From Octopus vulgaris (Eukaryota): a stretch of 64,000 bases of DNA. The stretch's first letter is position 1, and every line of letters starts with the position of its first letter. A program made the translations under genes and the position numbers. The stretch spans positions 70,928,001-70,992,000 of the forward strand of contig OX597818.1 of the NCBI GenBank assembly GCA_951406725.2, given 5' to 3'. This document shows positions 26,456-39,770 of this stretch, piece by piece. The notes under the pieces are model-generated. The model saw only the letters and a program-made list of their open reading frames with translations, had not been told where the DNA came from and ran no database searches.

Positions 26456-27048
26456 AATATGTATATGTGTGGGTGTTTGTGTGTACACTTGCCCAAGATG
26501 CCAAACAGTGAGACTGAACTCCAAATCACATGGTTATCAAGTGAACTATGTTTGCACCTAACTGTCTTAAACAAAGAAAAGTTTTATTCAACAATGTAAT
26601 CCAATATACAAAATGTTTTACAAATGAAAGACGGAATGAACATGGTTGAAACCTTTTTCATCAAAGCTCCTCTCAACAACAACATTTTCTACTCATATAC
26701 TTCTACACTATATTCATTTTATCTTCTTAATTGATTCATCAGACATTCAATGATGTAAAATCAAAGACAACCTCTATTTTCTCATTCATTCAGTGATTAT
26801 CTCATTAGCTATTTATTCTTTTGTTCTTCTGCTCAGTTGTAATAATTTGGTTTTGACTATTCTGGGGCATCACGTTCCGAAGTGCAGGTGATTATATCAA
26901 ACCCAACACTTTTTTGTTATATCCTGGTATTTCATGGGCCTCAAACAGGAGAAAAATTAAATTTGGGGGAAATTTGAACTCAGCATAAAGGGATTTAACA
27001 AAACACCACAAGGTATTTGGATTGACACTACCTATTCTGCTTTCCGCC

Positions 27049-28580
27049 CATCATCATTATCATCAACATCATTTAACGTCCTCCTTCCATGCTGGCAGGG
27101 GCTGGTCAGGCTGAAGGCTGCACCATACTTTGTGTGTCTGTTTTGGCATGGTTTTTACAGCTGGTTGCCCTTCTGAACACCAACTACTTTGCAGTGTGGA
27201 CTGGACGCTTTTTAAGTGGCCCCTGCACTGACAGGGTCACTAAGTAACTTTGCAAGAGAAGGGATCTTTGAGAGGGTGGGGGCATTGGCAGAGGTGATCT
27301 TGTGTCAAATGAAAGGTTCGAGTGTAACAGAGAGACAAAAACAGATGTCTTGCCGTAGAGGGGGTACATGGTTACCCAGCCTGAGACAGAGAAAGAAGGG
27401 GAGAGGAGGAGAGAGAGAGAGAGAAAGAGAGAGTGAGAAAGAGAGAGAGAGGGTGGGAAGGGGGAGAGAGAGTTAAGAAGAAAGAGGACAGAAAAAGGTG
27501 TGTTGTTGTAAAGGAGACACTTGGTTACTTAGCCAGAGGGGAGAGCAAGAGAAGGCGGGAGAGAGAGAGAGATCAGGAATGAGGGCAGAAACAGGTGTGC
27601 TGCTGTAGAGGAGAGACATGGTTACCCAGCCAGAGAGAAGAGCAAAGGAGAGAGAGAGAGAGAGAGAGTGGGAGACAGCAAGAGTGCAAGAGAGAGCAGG
27701 AGAGAGATGGTGGTGAAGTGCCAAGGTATACTCATAAGGAAAGGGGATCAGAGCATAGATGTGATGGTAGAATTAGGAAGGGGGAGATAAAGGGTGGCAG
27801 GTGCCAAGGCATAGCCTCAAGGTATGGAGGTCGTAATATACGTGGTAGGGAATTGCCAAGAGGTACATGTAGGGAGTAGGAGTGGGGAATGCTATGACTG
27901 GTGAGAACCTGGGTATATAGAGGGGGTGGGGAAAGCAATGATACAGTGATCAGAGTAGTGAGGGCAGGGTTGGGGAGTGGGAGATAGTCATAGTGTATGA
28001 AGAGGAAATGTGAGGAAGAGAAGAGATGCAGTTTGGTTTGTTAGGGTAGGGTGTGTGAAAATCTTATTGTTACATGTGGGGTGGAACCAACACTTCTGGA
28101 ACTCAGGTTCTTTGAAGTGGGAGGGTCTTCTCTAGAACCTCATATCACCAGACATTTTGGTCCATTGTCATTTCCTCCACAAGCCCTAATGTCCTGTGAC
28201 TGGTCCTCACCACTTCATCCTCTGTCTTCCTGGGTCTCCTTCTTCCACAAGTACCATCCACTTTCAATGACTGGTGTTTTTTAATAAAGATGTCTTCATT
28301 CATAAGCATCACATGTCCAAACCAACATAGTCTCCTCTTTTGCATGCTGCATTTGATTTCTCTTATGCCCAACTCTTCTCTCAACACATTTGCACTTTGT
28401 TGTGCATGCACATTGATGCTGCACATCTAGCAGAGCATACTAGCTTCATTCCTCTCCAGTCTATACATGTCTTCTGCATTCAGATCCCATGTCTCACAAC
28501 CATAGAGTATAGCCATTCATACACAAACATCATACAACACTACGCTAGAGATGACATCTGAAAGGAGACCCTTTAGCTGA
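27049..28580 (-). mobile_element. Older RTE-clade LINE 3' end with long GA/G-rich, internally repeated 3'UTR
   Basis: (CAT)-like tail at 27049. The C-terminal peptide LREELGIREIKCSMQKRRLCWFGHV...GRRRPRKT lies at 28145-28426. Three copies of a caggtgtg...catggttacccagcc unit occur in between. Confidence 0.75.
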
Positions 28581-29861
28581 TTGACAAAAGTCAGTCACAA
28601 TTACTCAATAATCTTTCACTCACCTTTTGTTTTTCCTTTCTCTTCTCTTTCTCTTTTTTCCTTTCTCTTCTCTTATTACTACAATGACTTTTGCTCTCCA
28701 CCATTTAACTAACTGCAAACCTTCTCCATCAACTGTCATTCTTCCCACTTATCTTTATTCTACTTATCATCCATATTGTATCTTATCCATTCTCACAAAC
28801 TCAATATAAACATTTTACCCAATTTTACCTTCCGTGAACTGCATTCCTCTGAAATCCTCTTTCTCTTCCTGCATTGATAAATCTTCAAGTTAAGTATCAA
28901 ACACACCAATACCCCCCATAAGGAAGGGTCTTACAGAAAAAAAAGAGCTCAGAGACCTGTGGTGCTGTAGTTCATAAAACAATTATAATGTTACAGAAAG
29001 CAGACTTTTATGCTGAATCTTAGTAACCATTATTGTAGTGTTAGGCAGAACATCTTTGAATACTTAAGAGAAACATTAGGAGCATCAATCTCACCAATGA
29101 TGGAGAGCTGGCAAAAGCCATCAGCACAGCTTCTCCTCGCAAACCAAACCAATAAAAGATCGTTTTAAAGAGTCGGTGTAACTCTGACTGAACAAATCTA
29201 CAACACAGACATAGTACAAACACAAGCTTCAGAAAGCCTTGGACTACCTGGCAACCACTCTACACATTGCAACATACAGTGGTGAATTCTTAAGGAATGC
29301 AGTTTACTAATGTAGCCTGGTATTTTATCTACCTTTCAGGCTTTTCTTGTATCCATGTTGTTATTGTTTAACTCCAGGTCAGGGTATAATCTGAGAAAGA
29401 TTTGGTTGCTATTTCTAGCAGCTTCAGTGACTTGTAAGCACGTAGATTTTGACAAAGCCATGATAGACAAGGTAGATGCAGTCAGAGTACAGTGGTTAGA
29501 TTTGATATTTTAGATTAATTGAAATGAAGAAAATTCTTTTTTTTTTATTTGCTTCCACTATTTCATATTTAAAATTTTATAACAAAACATAAAACTGAAA
29601 CTAAGAAGTTGTGTAGTTCCTACAAGAAAAAGACAAAAAAATTTTTCTCTAAAACCAAATCATAGCTTTAACCATGAAGACTAAAACAACTTAAAGAACA
29701 CAGAATGGTTTTATTTATACATATCACTGTAGTAACACATACCTTTTAAGAACCACAAAGGAGCTACCATAGGGCTGCTCTACCTGCTAAAACAACAGCC
29801 AAATCTAACTAAAATCTGACACCACAATCTCAATTAACAAAGGAAGCATTTTTTTTCTGCT

Positions 29862-30066
29862 GTAGGCACAAGGCCCGAAATTATGGAGAAGGCGGGGCAG
29901 TCAATTAGATCGACCCCAGTACGAAACTGGTACTTAATTTATTGACCCCAAAAGGATGAAAGACAAAGTTGACCTTAGCGGAATTTGAACTCAGACTGTA
30001 AAGACAGATGAAATACCACTAAGCATTTCACCCGGCGTGCTAACATTTCTGCCAGCTCGCCGCCTT
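29862..30066 (-). mobile_element. tRNA-derived SINE (family A), well preserved
   Basis: Reverse complement closely matches 42676-42875 (aggcggcgagctggcagaaatgttagcacgccggg...gagttcaaattccgc...gggccttgtg). Confidence 0.85.
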
Positions 30067-30408
30067 AATCAAAGGAGACATTGGGAAAAACATGGAAGGT
30101 GGTTATAATGCTTTGGATAATAGGTTTGCTTAATGAAAGTTCACGTGAAGTTTATAAAACAATAATTACTATGAGATAGTTTTCAAAAATGTTCAAGTCA
30201 TAGGCATCCTGAGCTTTTTAATTAGGACTAATTATTATCTTAGTCTTAAGAATTTGGATACTGACTGTTTTTAGTTCCATTAAATTCCCATTTATTCCCG
30301 CAAGTGGGTTAAGACTTTGCTAATTTAAGCCTTTGCTAATTTAAAATCAAAAGCAATTTTTTTGAAAGATATTTTTCATTCCTTTTTCTTTTTCTCTGAC
30401 TTTTGCAG

Positions 30409-30491
30409 GTGAATTTATTCTTCTTGGAGTGTGAATGGTTTCTCCTCATCTAATCTTGGTAGCACTACCAAAATCATTCCATTTATCACTG
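30409..30491 (+). other. Probable 5'UTR exon of the Kirre-like gene
   Basis: Strong acceptor (ttcctttttctttttctctgacttttgcag) and a G|GTAAGA donor. The frame that continues into the main ORF has a TGA at 30410-30412, so the exon is non-coding for the main protein. Confidence 0.55.
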
Positions 30492-30659
30492 GTAAGAGTC
30501 TTTCAAGCACTTTTCTTTTTACTTTTATAATTGCTTTGGCAGTGTGCAGTTACCAGAGTCAGAATATTCTATAATTATTTATTTAGCAACGAATAGAATA
30601 TTGGGTTTGAACAAAAGCTGGTACTGTCTCAAATTCAAGAAGCAGTATTTAGATATTTA

Positions 30660-31690
30660 TACATACCTTTATTCAACTATTTGTCCCATTTTGTTCCACT
30701 ACTTTCATCAGCTTTGAGCCAGCTTCATGGTCACATCCTCCCAGAACTTGGCCTCTTTTTGAGTAATGAACTAGTCTAAGTGGTTTTGGAAGTCTTCTAA
30801 ATAATTGAAGTTCTTTCTATTAAGAGAATTTTGTAAGGAATGAAATAACAAGGTCACAGGTGCAAGGTCACATGAATATGGTGAGTGTAGTGGAACATCC
30901 CAGCCAAGTTGTATCAATTTCTGCAGGATCTGCTAGGAAACATGAGATCTAACATTGTCCTGAAGGCAAAAAATACCCTTCTGATTAGCCAATTCTGGTC
31001 ATTTTGCATTGATTGCCTCTTTTAATTAGTCTAATTGGAAATTATTGTGTGAATCCAGTGCCTGATTTTGCAGAAGGAGCACATAATATACAGTGCCCTT
31101 GCAATCCCACCAGAGTATCACATTCTTTGGATACTGACCAACTTTTGCAGTGATTAAAGATGATTTATTTACTTTTCTCCAGGACTTTTTTCATTGCACT
31201 TTGTTGTAAACAATCTATTTCTCAACGATTTTGTAATCCTTCTTTTCAAAAATGGGACATTGTAGTTGTGCTCAAGCAGAGAATCACAGACATGAATGCA
31301 ATCATATCTTTACTGTTAAATTATGTGGTTCCCAGACTTTATAGCAACTCACATAACCAAGTGTTTTTTAAATGCCTTAGAACACTCAGATGTGATATGT
31401 AGAGTCTCTCTGAAATGTCTTATGTTGTGTGACCTGGGTTATTTTGATTAGTGTTTGCATTTGGTCATCATCAACAACTCTAGACCTGCCAGAATATTCA
31501 CAGTCTTCCATATCAAAATTTTCACTCCTAAATCTAATAAACCACTTATGGCACCATCTCTAAAAACAGCACATATCTTTTTTTTTTTTTGCTGTTTGGA
31601 CAGCATTTTTTGCCTTTCTGGATATAAAAGAGCATTAAATGATGAATATGAATTTCATTGTTTTCCATTTTCCCTTTTAAAACTTCCACA
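30660..31690 (-). mobile_element. Degenerate mariner (Tc1/mariner) transposon
   Basis: The minus strand near 30855-30895 reads HSPYSCDLAP, the mariner HPPYSPDLAP motif. The rest is heavily decayed. Confidence 0.65.
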
Positions 31691-31696
31691 CAGTAA

Positions 31697-32712
31697 TTAT
31701 ATAGAAGACGCACAGCTTTTTGATATCCTCAGAGCTGCTGCCATGAAAACAGCCACGTATGTGTATATTGCGGGCGACTTCAATTTCCCTGAGATTGACT
31801 GGGAGGCCTTCCATTGGCCACAAAGTGTAGACGATTTCCTTGAACTGGTGCTGAATTCAAATTGGTCCCAAGTTGTTACCTCCCCCACAAAGGGTAACAA
31901 CACTTTGGATCTGCTACTTACCGCTTCTCCTGAAGCAATCATTAGTGTCACTACTGAAGAACCTTTAGGTGACTCTGATCATTCTATGATCATGGCCGAC
32001 TTGTCTCTGATTGGTTGTAACAAAAAACACAGACTTCCCGCTTTGACTGGAATAAAGCAAACTGGAGCTCTTATTGTACTGAGCTGCAACGCCCAAACTG
32101 GCTCGAATTTTATGCCTCTGGAGATGTGGACACTATACTCCAGAACATTCTGAATTCAATATGGGCAGCATATGCAGCATCAGTACCACGCAAGCACAAA
32201 AAACCACCCAATAGTGCAATTTGGGAGACTGCAGCAGTCCAACTTGCCAGGAAAGAACGCCGTAATGCTGAACAGGAATACAAATTGCACAAATCAGAGA
32301 GCAACAGGAAAAAGCACAATAGGCCAGCCAACCACCTCAAGCAGGTGACAAAAAAGGCAGTGCTTGAATTTGAACAACACATTGCAGCTAACCCTGACAG
32401 CAAAGTGTTCTGGAAGTATGTGCACTCAAAGCAGAGACCCCACTCTCCAGTTGGTCCCCTTCGCAATCCCCACACAGGACAGATTACTGGCAATCCCGAA
32501 GAATGTGCAGAAATCATTGCTGGATGCTATGCCGGCATCTTTACTGTCGAAGACCAAAATGTTCCATCTTCATCACCACTGACACCGGACTCTATATCTA
32601 CTATGCAATTTACACCAGCAATGCTGCAACGCCACCTTAAAAATAAATGCAATTATGCCTCTCCTGGTCTCGATGGTGTTACATACCTACTTCTCAAACG
32701 CGGTGGGTACTT
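31697..32712 (+). mobile_element. CR1/L2-group LINE ORF2 fragment (APE endonuclease C-terminus, linker, start of RT)
   Basis: IAGDFNFPEIDW, PTKGNNTLDLLLT, LGDSDH, then KVFWKYVHSK and ASPGLDGV. There is a frameshift near 32030-32050. Confidence 0.88.
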
Positions 32713-33226
32713 TCTTTTTTCCCTCTCTTCATTTTATTTTATGTAAACTCCACTTATTATCTTTGTAACGTGTCCTTCATAGCATTGCTTTTGTGAAAAA
32801 CAAATCCTTAATTTCATTTGGAAAAGAAGATGACAGTGGAAAGCATGTTGCAGTTCCCAAGAAAATTTCTTAAAAGATGAGTAAGGGTAGTGAACTGACC
32901 CAATCCGAGCATGTGCCTGATAAGGAAGGGTGCTCACCCTTAGCTCTCATGATGATTGAGTTTTTGTAACATTTGTCTGAGATGGTTCTAAGCAGTCATC
33001 ACTCTTAATGGGGAACTGAGTTTGTTGGAATTTTGTTGGAATTTATTATCAGTGTTTTTACATGGCCTAAATAAACCCCTCATTATGTTAGTCAGTTGGA
33101 CAGTCCATTGGTCAGGTAAATGGGCATGAAATGAAATTAGTTTTGATGATAAAAGAACTAAGCCTTTTTACTAATAAGTGCAGTTGTGCTAGCATCAGCT
33201 GAGATATTGGTTAATGGAGATGTTGG

Positions 33227-33299
33227 GTGGAGAGGTAAAAGTGGAGAGGTAAAAGTGGAGAGGTAAAAGTGGAGAGGTAAAAGTGGAGAGGTGAAAGTG
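33227..33299. repeat. 14-bp tandem repeat (GTGGAGAGGTAAAA) x5
   Basis: Four exact copies plus one with a single substitution. Confidence 0.95.
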
Positions 33300-33510
33300 T
33301 AATGTTTTCAATACTTTTTTTTATTTTTAAATTGTCCAATACTCAACATCTGTGCTTTGGTGCAATTAAACATAGAATACAGATAATGATAGCTAACAGC
33401 TAACAAGAGAAAGAATGAAACAGTTTGAAGCACTGAATTTTTATAGTTTTTCAAATAAAGCATTAAGATTTGTTTAAACTTTACCAACATACAATATCAA
33501 AATGATATCA

Positions 33511-33935
33511 CACTGGGGAACAAACTTGTAAAAGTCTTTTTGTGCCTAAGATTTTAGACCAATTCTAGGTTTATTCACACCACTGAATGACACTGAAACA
33601 TTACTTTCATGAGATGATTGAGTAAATGAACATGGTATCACCTGTAACTTTCTATGCTTGTTTCATTCTTATTTGATTCAATTTAGTCATAAATCTTGTA
33701 TGAAGCCATTTTTTTTTTATCCAAAAGGCAACAATAATGATTTGTAGTCGTCAGTTCAGGTTGTATGCATAACAGTTATGGATATAACAAATTTCAATAA
33801 CCAGAGCTGATGTAGAAAAACTAATGACATGTTTAGAATTAGCGACAAAAAATTATCTAAAAACAGGTCTAATATAACAGGCACCAAATTCTGAGTTTCT
33901 TGGTATTATAGGTATAGTCTTTGATTTTGTCCCGT
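33511..33935. mobile_element. Possible non-autonomous Chapaev3-like MITE
   Basis: Starts CACTGGGGAACAAA and has a subterminal ttagaattagcgacaaaaaatta motif. The right end is unclear. Confidence 0.35.
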
Positions 33936-34139
33936 AGTTAAGATTGTTTACTTCTTGGAATAAAGTGAAAAACAATAGATTGAAATTATCTTCAATACTA
34001 TCTAGGAGAATTTGTACACCATCTCAGGAATCAAATATTTCAGAAAATATACAATTCCACCTTACAATTTTCAAGAAAACCATGGGATTTTTATGGGTAC
34101 TACTAGCTATTATTAACACATGCTTTGCTTGCTGTAGAT

Positions 34140-34900
34140 GAGATACACTCCAATGGTCGAGTGATCCATGTGTTGTCCAAGAACATCGACCAGTGAGCTC
34201 AGCATGCAGTGGCTGTTTGACGTGAAGATGTAGTTCCTAATTGTCAAGCACATCTTTCAGTAACACATCCCTTTGATGGAGCTGCAGTCCCAGACTAGGA
34301 AATAACTAAGCTGGCATCTTGAATATCATCAGGTACTCGACTAAATTCTACCAGTCAAGCAATATAGAGTGGGCATGAGGTGTGAAGGAGCAATGTCATT
34401 CTTGGGGAAACTTTATATGTTAAAAACAAACTAGCTTTCATGGATAACTCCCAGAAATCCTAAATCTTGGCAATGCTAATAAGAGACACAAATGACTCAA
34501 GACAAATTCTGCAAACATAGAAATGCTATTAGAAAGGACTGTCCAAAATGTACACAGAAAGACAAAACCATTTTGCTTGCACTAATTCAGCCTCTGATCA
34601 TTGCTAACTTGTGGAATTATGTGGAATTGCTGCTGTTACACATAAGATGGAGCCAACTATCAGCCAATTCCATTGTGAAGATCACTCCCTATCCTCTGTG
34701 AGAGCATGTAGTTTCCCTGTCTGGTGGCTGTGTGAGGCGGATGAGACTGAAAGGACTAAGAACAGGTACTTCATTGGTCAAGTTTCAGTTCCACTTAGAA
34801 AGGAAGGTGGAGGGTGGAGAGGAATGTACTCTCCCCTCATGAATTTCTCAAATGGTGGATGACTGTGAATGTTTATAGTGAATAAAACTGCTCTACACAT
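34140..34900 (+). mobile_element. Degenerate L1/Tx1-like LINE C-terminal fragment
   Basis: DKFCKH....DCPKCTQKDKTILLALIQ..LWNYVE resembles the decayed CxxC..ET..HAL..C zinc knuckle of L1/Tx1 ORF2. Confidence 0.45.
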
Positions 34901-35499
34901 ACACTTGTAGGTCAGGGAACAAAGCAGAGAGAGAGAGAGAGAGAGAGAGAGAGCATATGCCCTTGGTGATGAAAATGATCTTAGGTCTATGGTGTTTTTT
35001 GGCAGGCTCTAGGAAGAGGTCCTTCTGTATTAGGAAGCCTGTATCATCCACCCATAGGTACAACTGTATGCTAAATAAAAGTTTTTTAAATCTCATTTCG
35101 TATTCTTCCACCAACACAAATCACCTCTGATTTCCTTGAACTCTAGTATTTAACTAATGAAATACTCAAGAATTATACATTATTGAAATAGGTTAAAGAT
35201 GCAAAGGACATTTTCTTGTAATAATTGTTTATACCTATAAGGCTATTTAAGAATTAAATGTCCTCCTAGCTAAAGGCACAGTACAGTACAAATGAACAAA
35301 TAGTACAAGACAAACCTTAAACCCTCTAGCTAACAACTTGGCATTCTCTGTACATGGCCAGCTGTAACTGTCTTTCCAATGAATTTTATGGTTTTTAAAT
35401 CAGAATTCAGTTCAATTTGCTAATATTGAATAAAACAAAAATGGAAAAGTTATTTGATTCCAGTCTCTCCCCTAACATTATGATCCTTCAATTCAGCTA

Positions 35500-36900
35500 A
35501 AAACTTAATACATTCTAAGCTGACTCTCCATAGCATCAAAGAAACTTCACTTCTGACTCATCAAAGATAGATAAGCCAGTGATCTATAAATTTATTGATA
35601 CAACCAAAAACTATAATTTCTATGTCTCATCTACTGCAAGGATATAGACAAGGAGTACTATCTACAATATCTGAAAGGAGTCACTTGCCATTGCACTAAC
35701 TGCACTCTCTTTATGCACAACAGCAACTCAGAAGCTAATTATGAGAAGCAAAAAAGAAAGAAATTCTTCCAGTATCACATAGCTGGTTGGCTCACATTGC
35801 AAATTGCTGGCAAACTCTCTGCCAAAAAATTCTTCTCAATCTTTGCAGGATCCTACTGATCATTCCCCAACCAAGATAGGTTTATTAGTAGAACTTCTGG
35901 ATATACTCTCCATTTTATTTCCAGCTTCACAAGCATCACAAAATAACCAACCACAAAACTTTCCTTCTATCAATCTCTTCACAAACTGATTCACCAAATA
36001 ACTTCTCCAAACACTGCAAAAAGGTTCCATTACTCTCAAACCATGGACTACAGAAGTAGTACCTACCCATGCCAAACTTTAATCTTTTTCTACTGACTCC
36101 AACTAAATCTATAGAAATATGCAATCCCATTCGTTAGATGGCTAACATCTCAGCCTCTATTGTCTTCACACCAATATCTTTGATCACTGGCGATTTGCCC
36201 TCCACCATCACATTTCCTTTTGATTTAGTTTAGTTTGGCTACTCTTCTATGCAGATGACACTACACTTCAGTGTTCTTTAACCTCCCACGGACCATCACA
36301 GACCTTGTTGCAGATCCAACCTGTCTCCATAGAAACATTCCTCAAATGAGATGTGATAACCTAACCTCTTCCAGTAACACAAAGACACAATCCCTTAACA
36401 TGTTAAGGAAACAATCTTGCACAACACTCTCCCTGTTCACTGACAGGGAACAGCTGAACATCTCAAACTCACTAAAAATACTTGGCCATTATAATCACAG
36501 ACATAATAAACATACTCACCAAAATTGCATACCAAAAACTAGACCTTTCCTTTAGAGCCAGAAAATATGTCAGTCCTCTTTTATCTCACATGGGTTATAT
36601 ATCTGGGATGGCTCAATATGTACCAACATTTTAGAAGACATCCCAAATGAAGCCAATTAATTTATTAAAAATCACCAACATAAAAAATAAAACAACTGAC
36701 TTCCAGATATATTTCTTCTCCATTCCACTTCTATTATTACTACATTGGTCTTTGTTTTTCTGAATAAGCACTCAGTCTACTAGCTCCACCTATGTTCGTC
36801 ATAACTCCATTGTCTCCTCATCATTCCTACCATCTCAAGGTCCTTTGCCCAATCATTCCTTTCCAAAGAAAGTTCAAATTAGGCATCAAATACATCTTTA
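35500..36900 (+). mobile_element. Very old LINE reverse-transcriptase remnant (CR1/L2/Jockey-like)
   Basis: LFYADDTTL at 36242-36268 and LKILG at ~36472. The strand is C/A-rich, as is typical of LINE ORF2. Confidence 0.55.
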
Positions 36901-37239
36901 TCACCCCTCCCACCTTCTTAAAAGTTTATCAAAGATACAGCCTAGTCTTGATTAATGAATTTCTTAAAAAGTTTTGAAGTTCAATTAATGTCATTCATTT
37001 CCATCCTCCAAATTCGATTACAATGCTCACAGCAATATATTCAATATGTCGTTAGATTCTACAGAGTGAAAATGTTTCACCAAGGAGGATTAGAAGCTAA
37101 ATTTCCATCTATGCAGGATATGAACCACCAACTCTATGGCTGATTATCAATTAGTGTGCTTCCCACTTAGCCATCCATGCCCTTCACTTTAGTTTCAAAT
37201 TTTGGTAGAAGGGCAGCTATTTCAGGAGAAGATATAAGT

Positions 37240-37410
37240 CAGTTATATCGACTCCAAGAGATTCTTCAACTGACACTTATTTTCTCGACCCCGAAAGGAT
37301 GAAAAGTAAAGTTGACCTCGGCAAGGTTTGAGCTCAAAACGTAAAGATGGATGAAATGCTGTTAAGCATTTTGCCTGGTCTGCTAACAATTCTTCCAGAT
37401 TGCTGCTTTC
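37240..37410 (-). mobile_element. tRNA-derived SINE (family A)
   Basis: tcgaccccgaaaggatgaaaagtaaagttgacctcggc is the reverse complement of the family core. Confidence 0.75.
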
Positions 37411-39419
37411 AACCCTCCTCTTAATATTAACAAAGAATAACATATCAAGAACTGCAAACCCACCACCACAACCACCTCCTCTTTCTCTTCTGAAGTGTTG
37501 GCTTTGCTTCTGGAATTTACTCTTTGGGAAAGAGTTTAGAAAACTGAAAATATATAATACAACTCTTTCTGATAAATGTATTTGTTTCTCCAAACAGAAT
37601 ATTAAAAAATAAATGAAAGAAAAGGCAACAAAGCAAAAGTCAGATGTAAATTGACAGTCATAGCACCATAGAGTTATAGAGGCAATAATGTAAAGAATAT
37701 TTTTAATGTTTACTTTGGTCTGGTTGGAAATCCAAACAAAAATCTACTAAAATGTTACAGTTATAGCCACTCGGTTGTTAGAAAAAGATAAGAGAAGTCA
37801 AACAGGAATATCAGAAGAATGAATAATGTAAATTGAATAAACAAGTCAAAGTATTAATAATGAAGGCTTTTGAGCTATCTTGAAAGTAGAAATGATTCCA
37901 GATAAAATATATCAGTATTTCAACAATTTTCAAAGTTTATACCTTGCATAGAGACCCCACAAAACTCTCATACCTCTCAATATATCACTATGATACTGAA
38001 GCTGAAATGAAACTGCTTGCTCTATAAAACTAAGCTATTATTGTATTTTGTGGGTCATGTATTTTACAATATCCAAACTACTGTTACTTGCACAAACTCG
38101 GATATCTTTTTATGACAACTTTCAATAGTAATAAAGCATTGAATAACATAAACTTAAATGAAATTATTATCAAACAAACAATCAATTATTGTTTGTTTGA
38201 AGCATTCAATAGTTTCTCTTACTTGACCATCCAGACATTTTGGACAACAAACCGTTATTTCTGTTGAGGAAAAGTTTATCCAGATTCTCACCTAATATCA
38301 CAAAGAAATTTAAAAGAGCTTTTCCGTATTCTATATAGATTGATTGACATTTCATGATCCACTTAATTCTAGATAATCCCACTTTTCACAGATCGTTTAT
38401 TGTAAGTAAGCATTACTGTTTAACTAACTCACCTATCGAGCCGTTCCTGTTTTCATTTCTGACCTTTTACATCTGATGCCAGGATATTTAGGCAAGCCAT
38501 TAATACTGATAACTTCTTTGCAATGACCTAACTAAATGGACTCAATATAATCTGGTTATCTAATCATAAAATTATTTCTTCCACTTAGATGCTACCATCT
38601 ATCACAAACTGGCAGTGACTGATATCAGTCGTAGCAGTGATAAGGTCAACGAAAACTTTGACAGAGTTAGATTAGAACTTAGCAGGAGTGAGTCCTCATT
38701 TATTAAGACACGGGATGAAAGTAATGGAAACTGTCATACATCTTACATAGGCACTTTCCCTTCAGGTAATGATGATGATGAGGATGATGGTGGTGGTGGT
38801 GATGGTGGTAGTGGTGGCTTTGATGCGATTGGTGATAATGTTGTTGCTGGTGGTAGCATCGCAGTTTTTTAGTCTTAAGTCTACCTTGATCAACTAAACT
38901 TAAGATCAAAAGCATTCCATTCATGACCATCCTAACATTGTTTTCAAGCAAACACTTTTTTTAAAGAAGTTAGGTTGTAACTTGAAGGAGACATAGCTGC
39001 TGTTTCTAGCATGTTGAGCAACTGTCTGCCTTTTTGAAAATCTTGCCTTTTGCTGAGATTGATGATAGTAATAGTGGTGGTGGTTAAAATTGATATAGTG
39101 ATGGTGGTAGAAGTGAAGACTATGATAATGACAGAGGTAAGAAGGGGGGGGGGGTTTCTGGTTTCAGTGATTAGACAGTGACCATGCTGGAGTACTGTCT
39201 TCAAGAGTTCTAAAGGATCACATCAACCCCAACACTTACTTTTAGTTTGGTTTTTATTTTATTGATCTATATTTATCAAATGGTTAAATCACCTTTTTTC
39301 AGCCTGCATAGTTTTTATATCAGCAAACACACACACACACACATACACACATGTGCATGTGCGTGTGTGCATGAAAGCCAATTGTCTAAGGTGCCATGCA
39401 ATGGAACCCACAAACCTGT

Positions 39420-39770
39420 AGTCACAAGTCAAATTTCGTAACCACACAGCTGTGGTGGCACCATGTAAAAAGCACCCATACTGGTACCACATGAAAAGCA
39501 CCCATACTGGTACCACATAAAAAGCTCTTGTGCTGGTGCCACATGAAAAGCACCCAGTCCACACTTTGTAAAGTGGTTGGTGTTAGAAATGGCTGCAGGA
39601 ACCATGCCAAAACAGACAACGGAGCCTGCTGTAAGTTCCCTGACTTGCCAGCTCTTGTTAGACCAAGATGGTCTGACAAGAGCTGGCAAGTCAGGGAACT
39701 TACAACAGGCTCCGTTGTCTGTTTTGGCATGGAAAATGGAAGTTGAATGATGATGACGATGACGACAACG
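39420..39770 (+). mobile_element. RTE-tail element containing a near-perfect 131-bp fold-back
   Basis: Repeated aaaagcaccc units, a (TGA)n tail at 39748-39763 and an inverted repeat at 39602-39732. Confidence 0.75.

Noticed and set aside
38170-38200. Perfect 13-bp hairpin tcaaacaaacaat/attgtttgtttga
   Set aside because: Low-complexity AT-rich arms and a eukaryotic context, so not called as a terminator or functional element.
39460-39560. Repeated aaaagcacccatactggtaccacat units resembling a CRISPR array
   Set aside because: They are tandem subrepeats of the RTE 3'UTR with no unique spacers and no cas genes. The same holds for 62560-62930.
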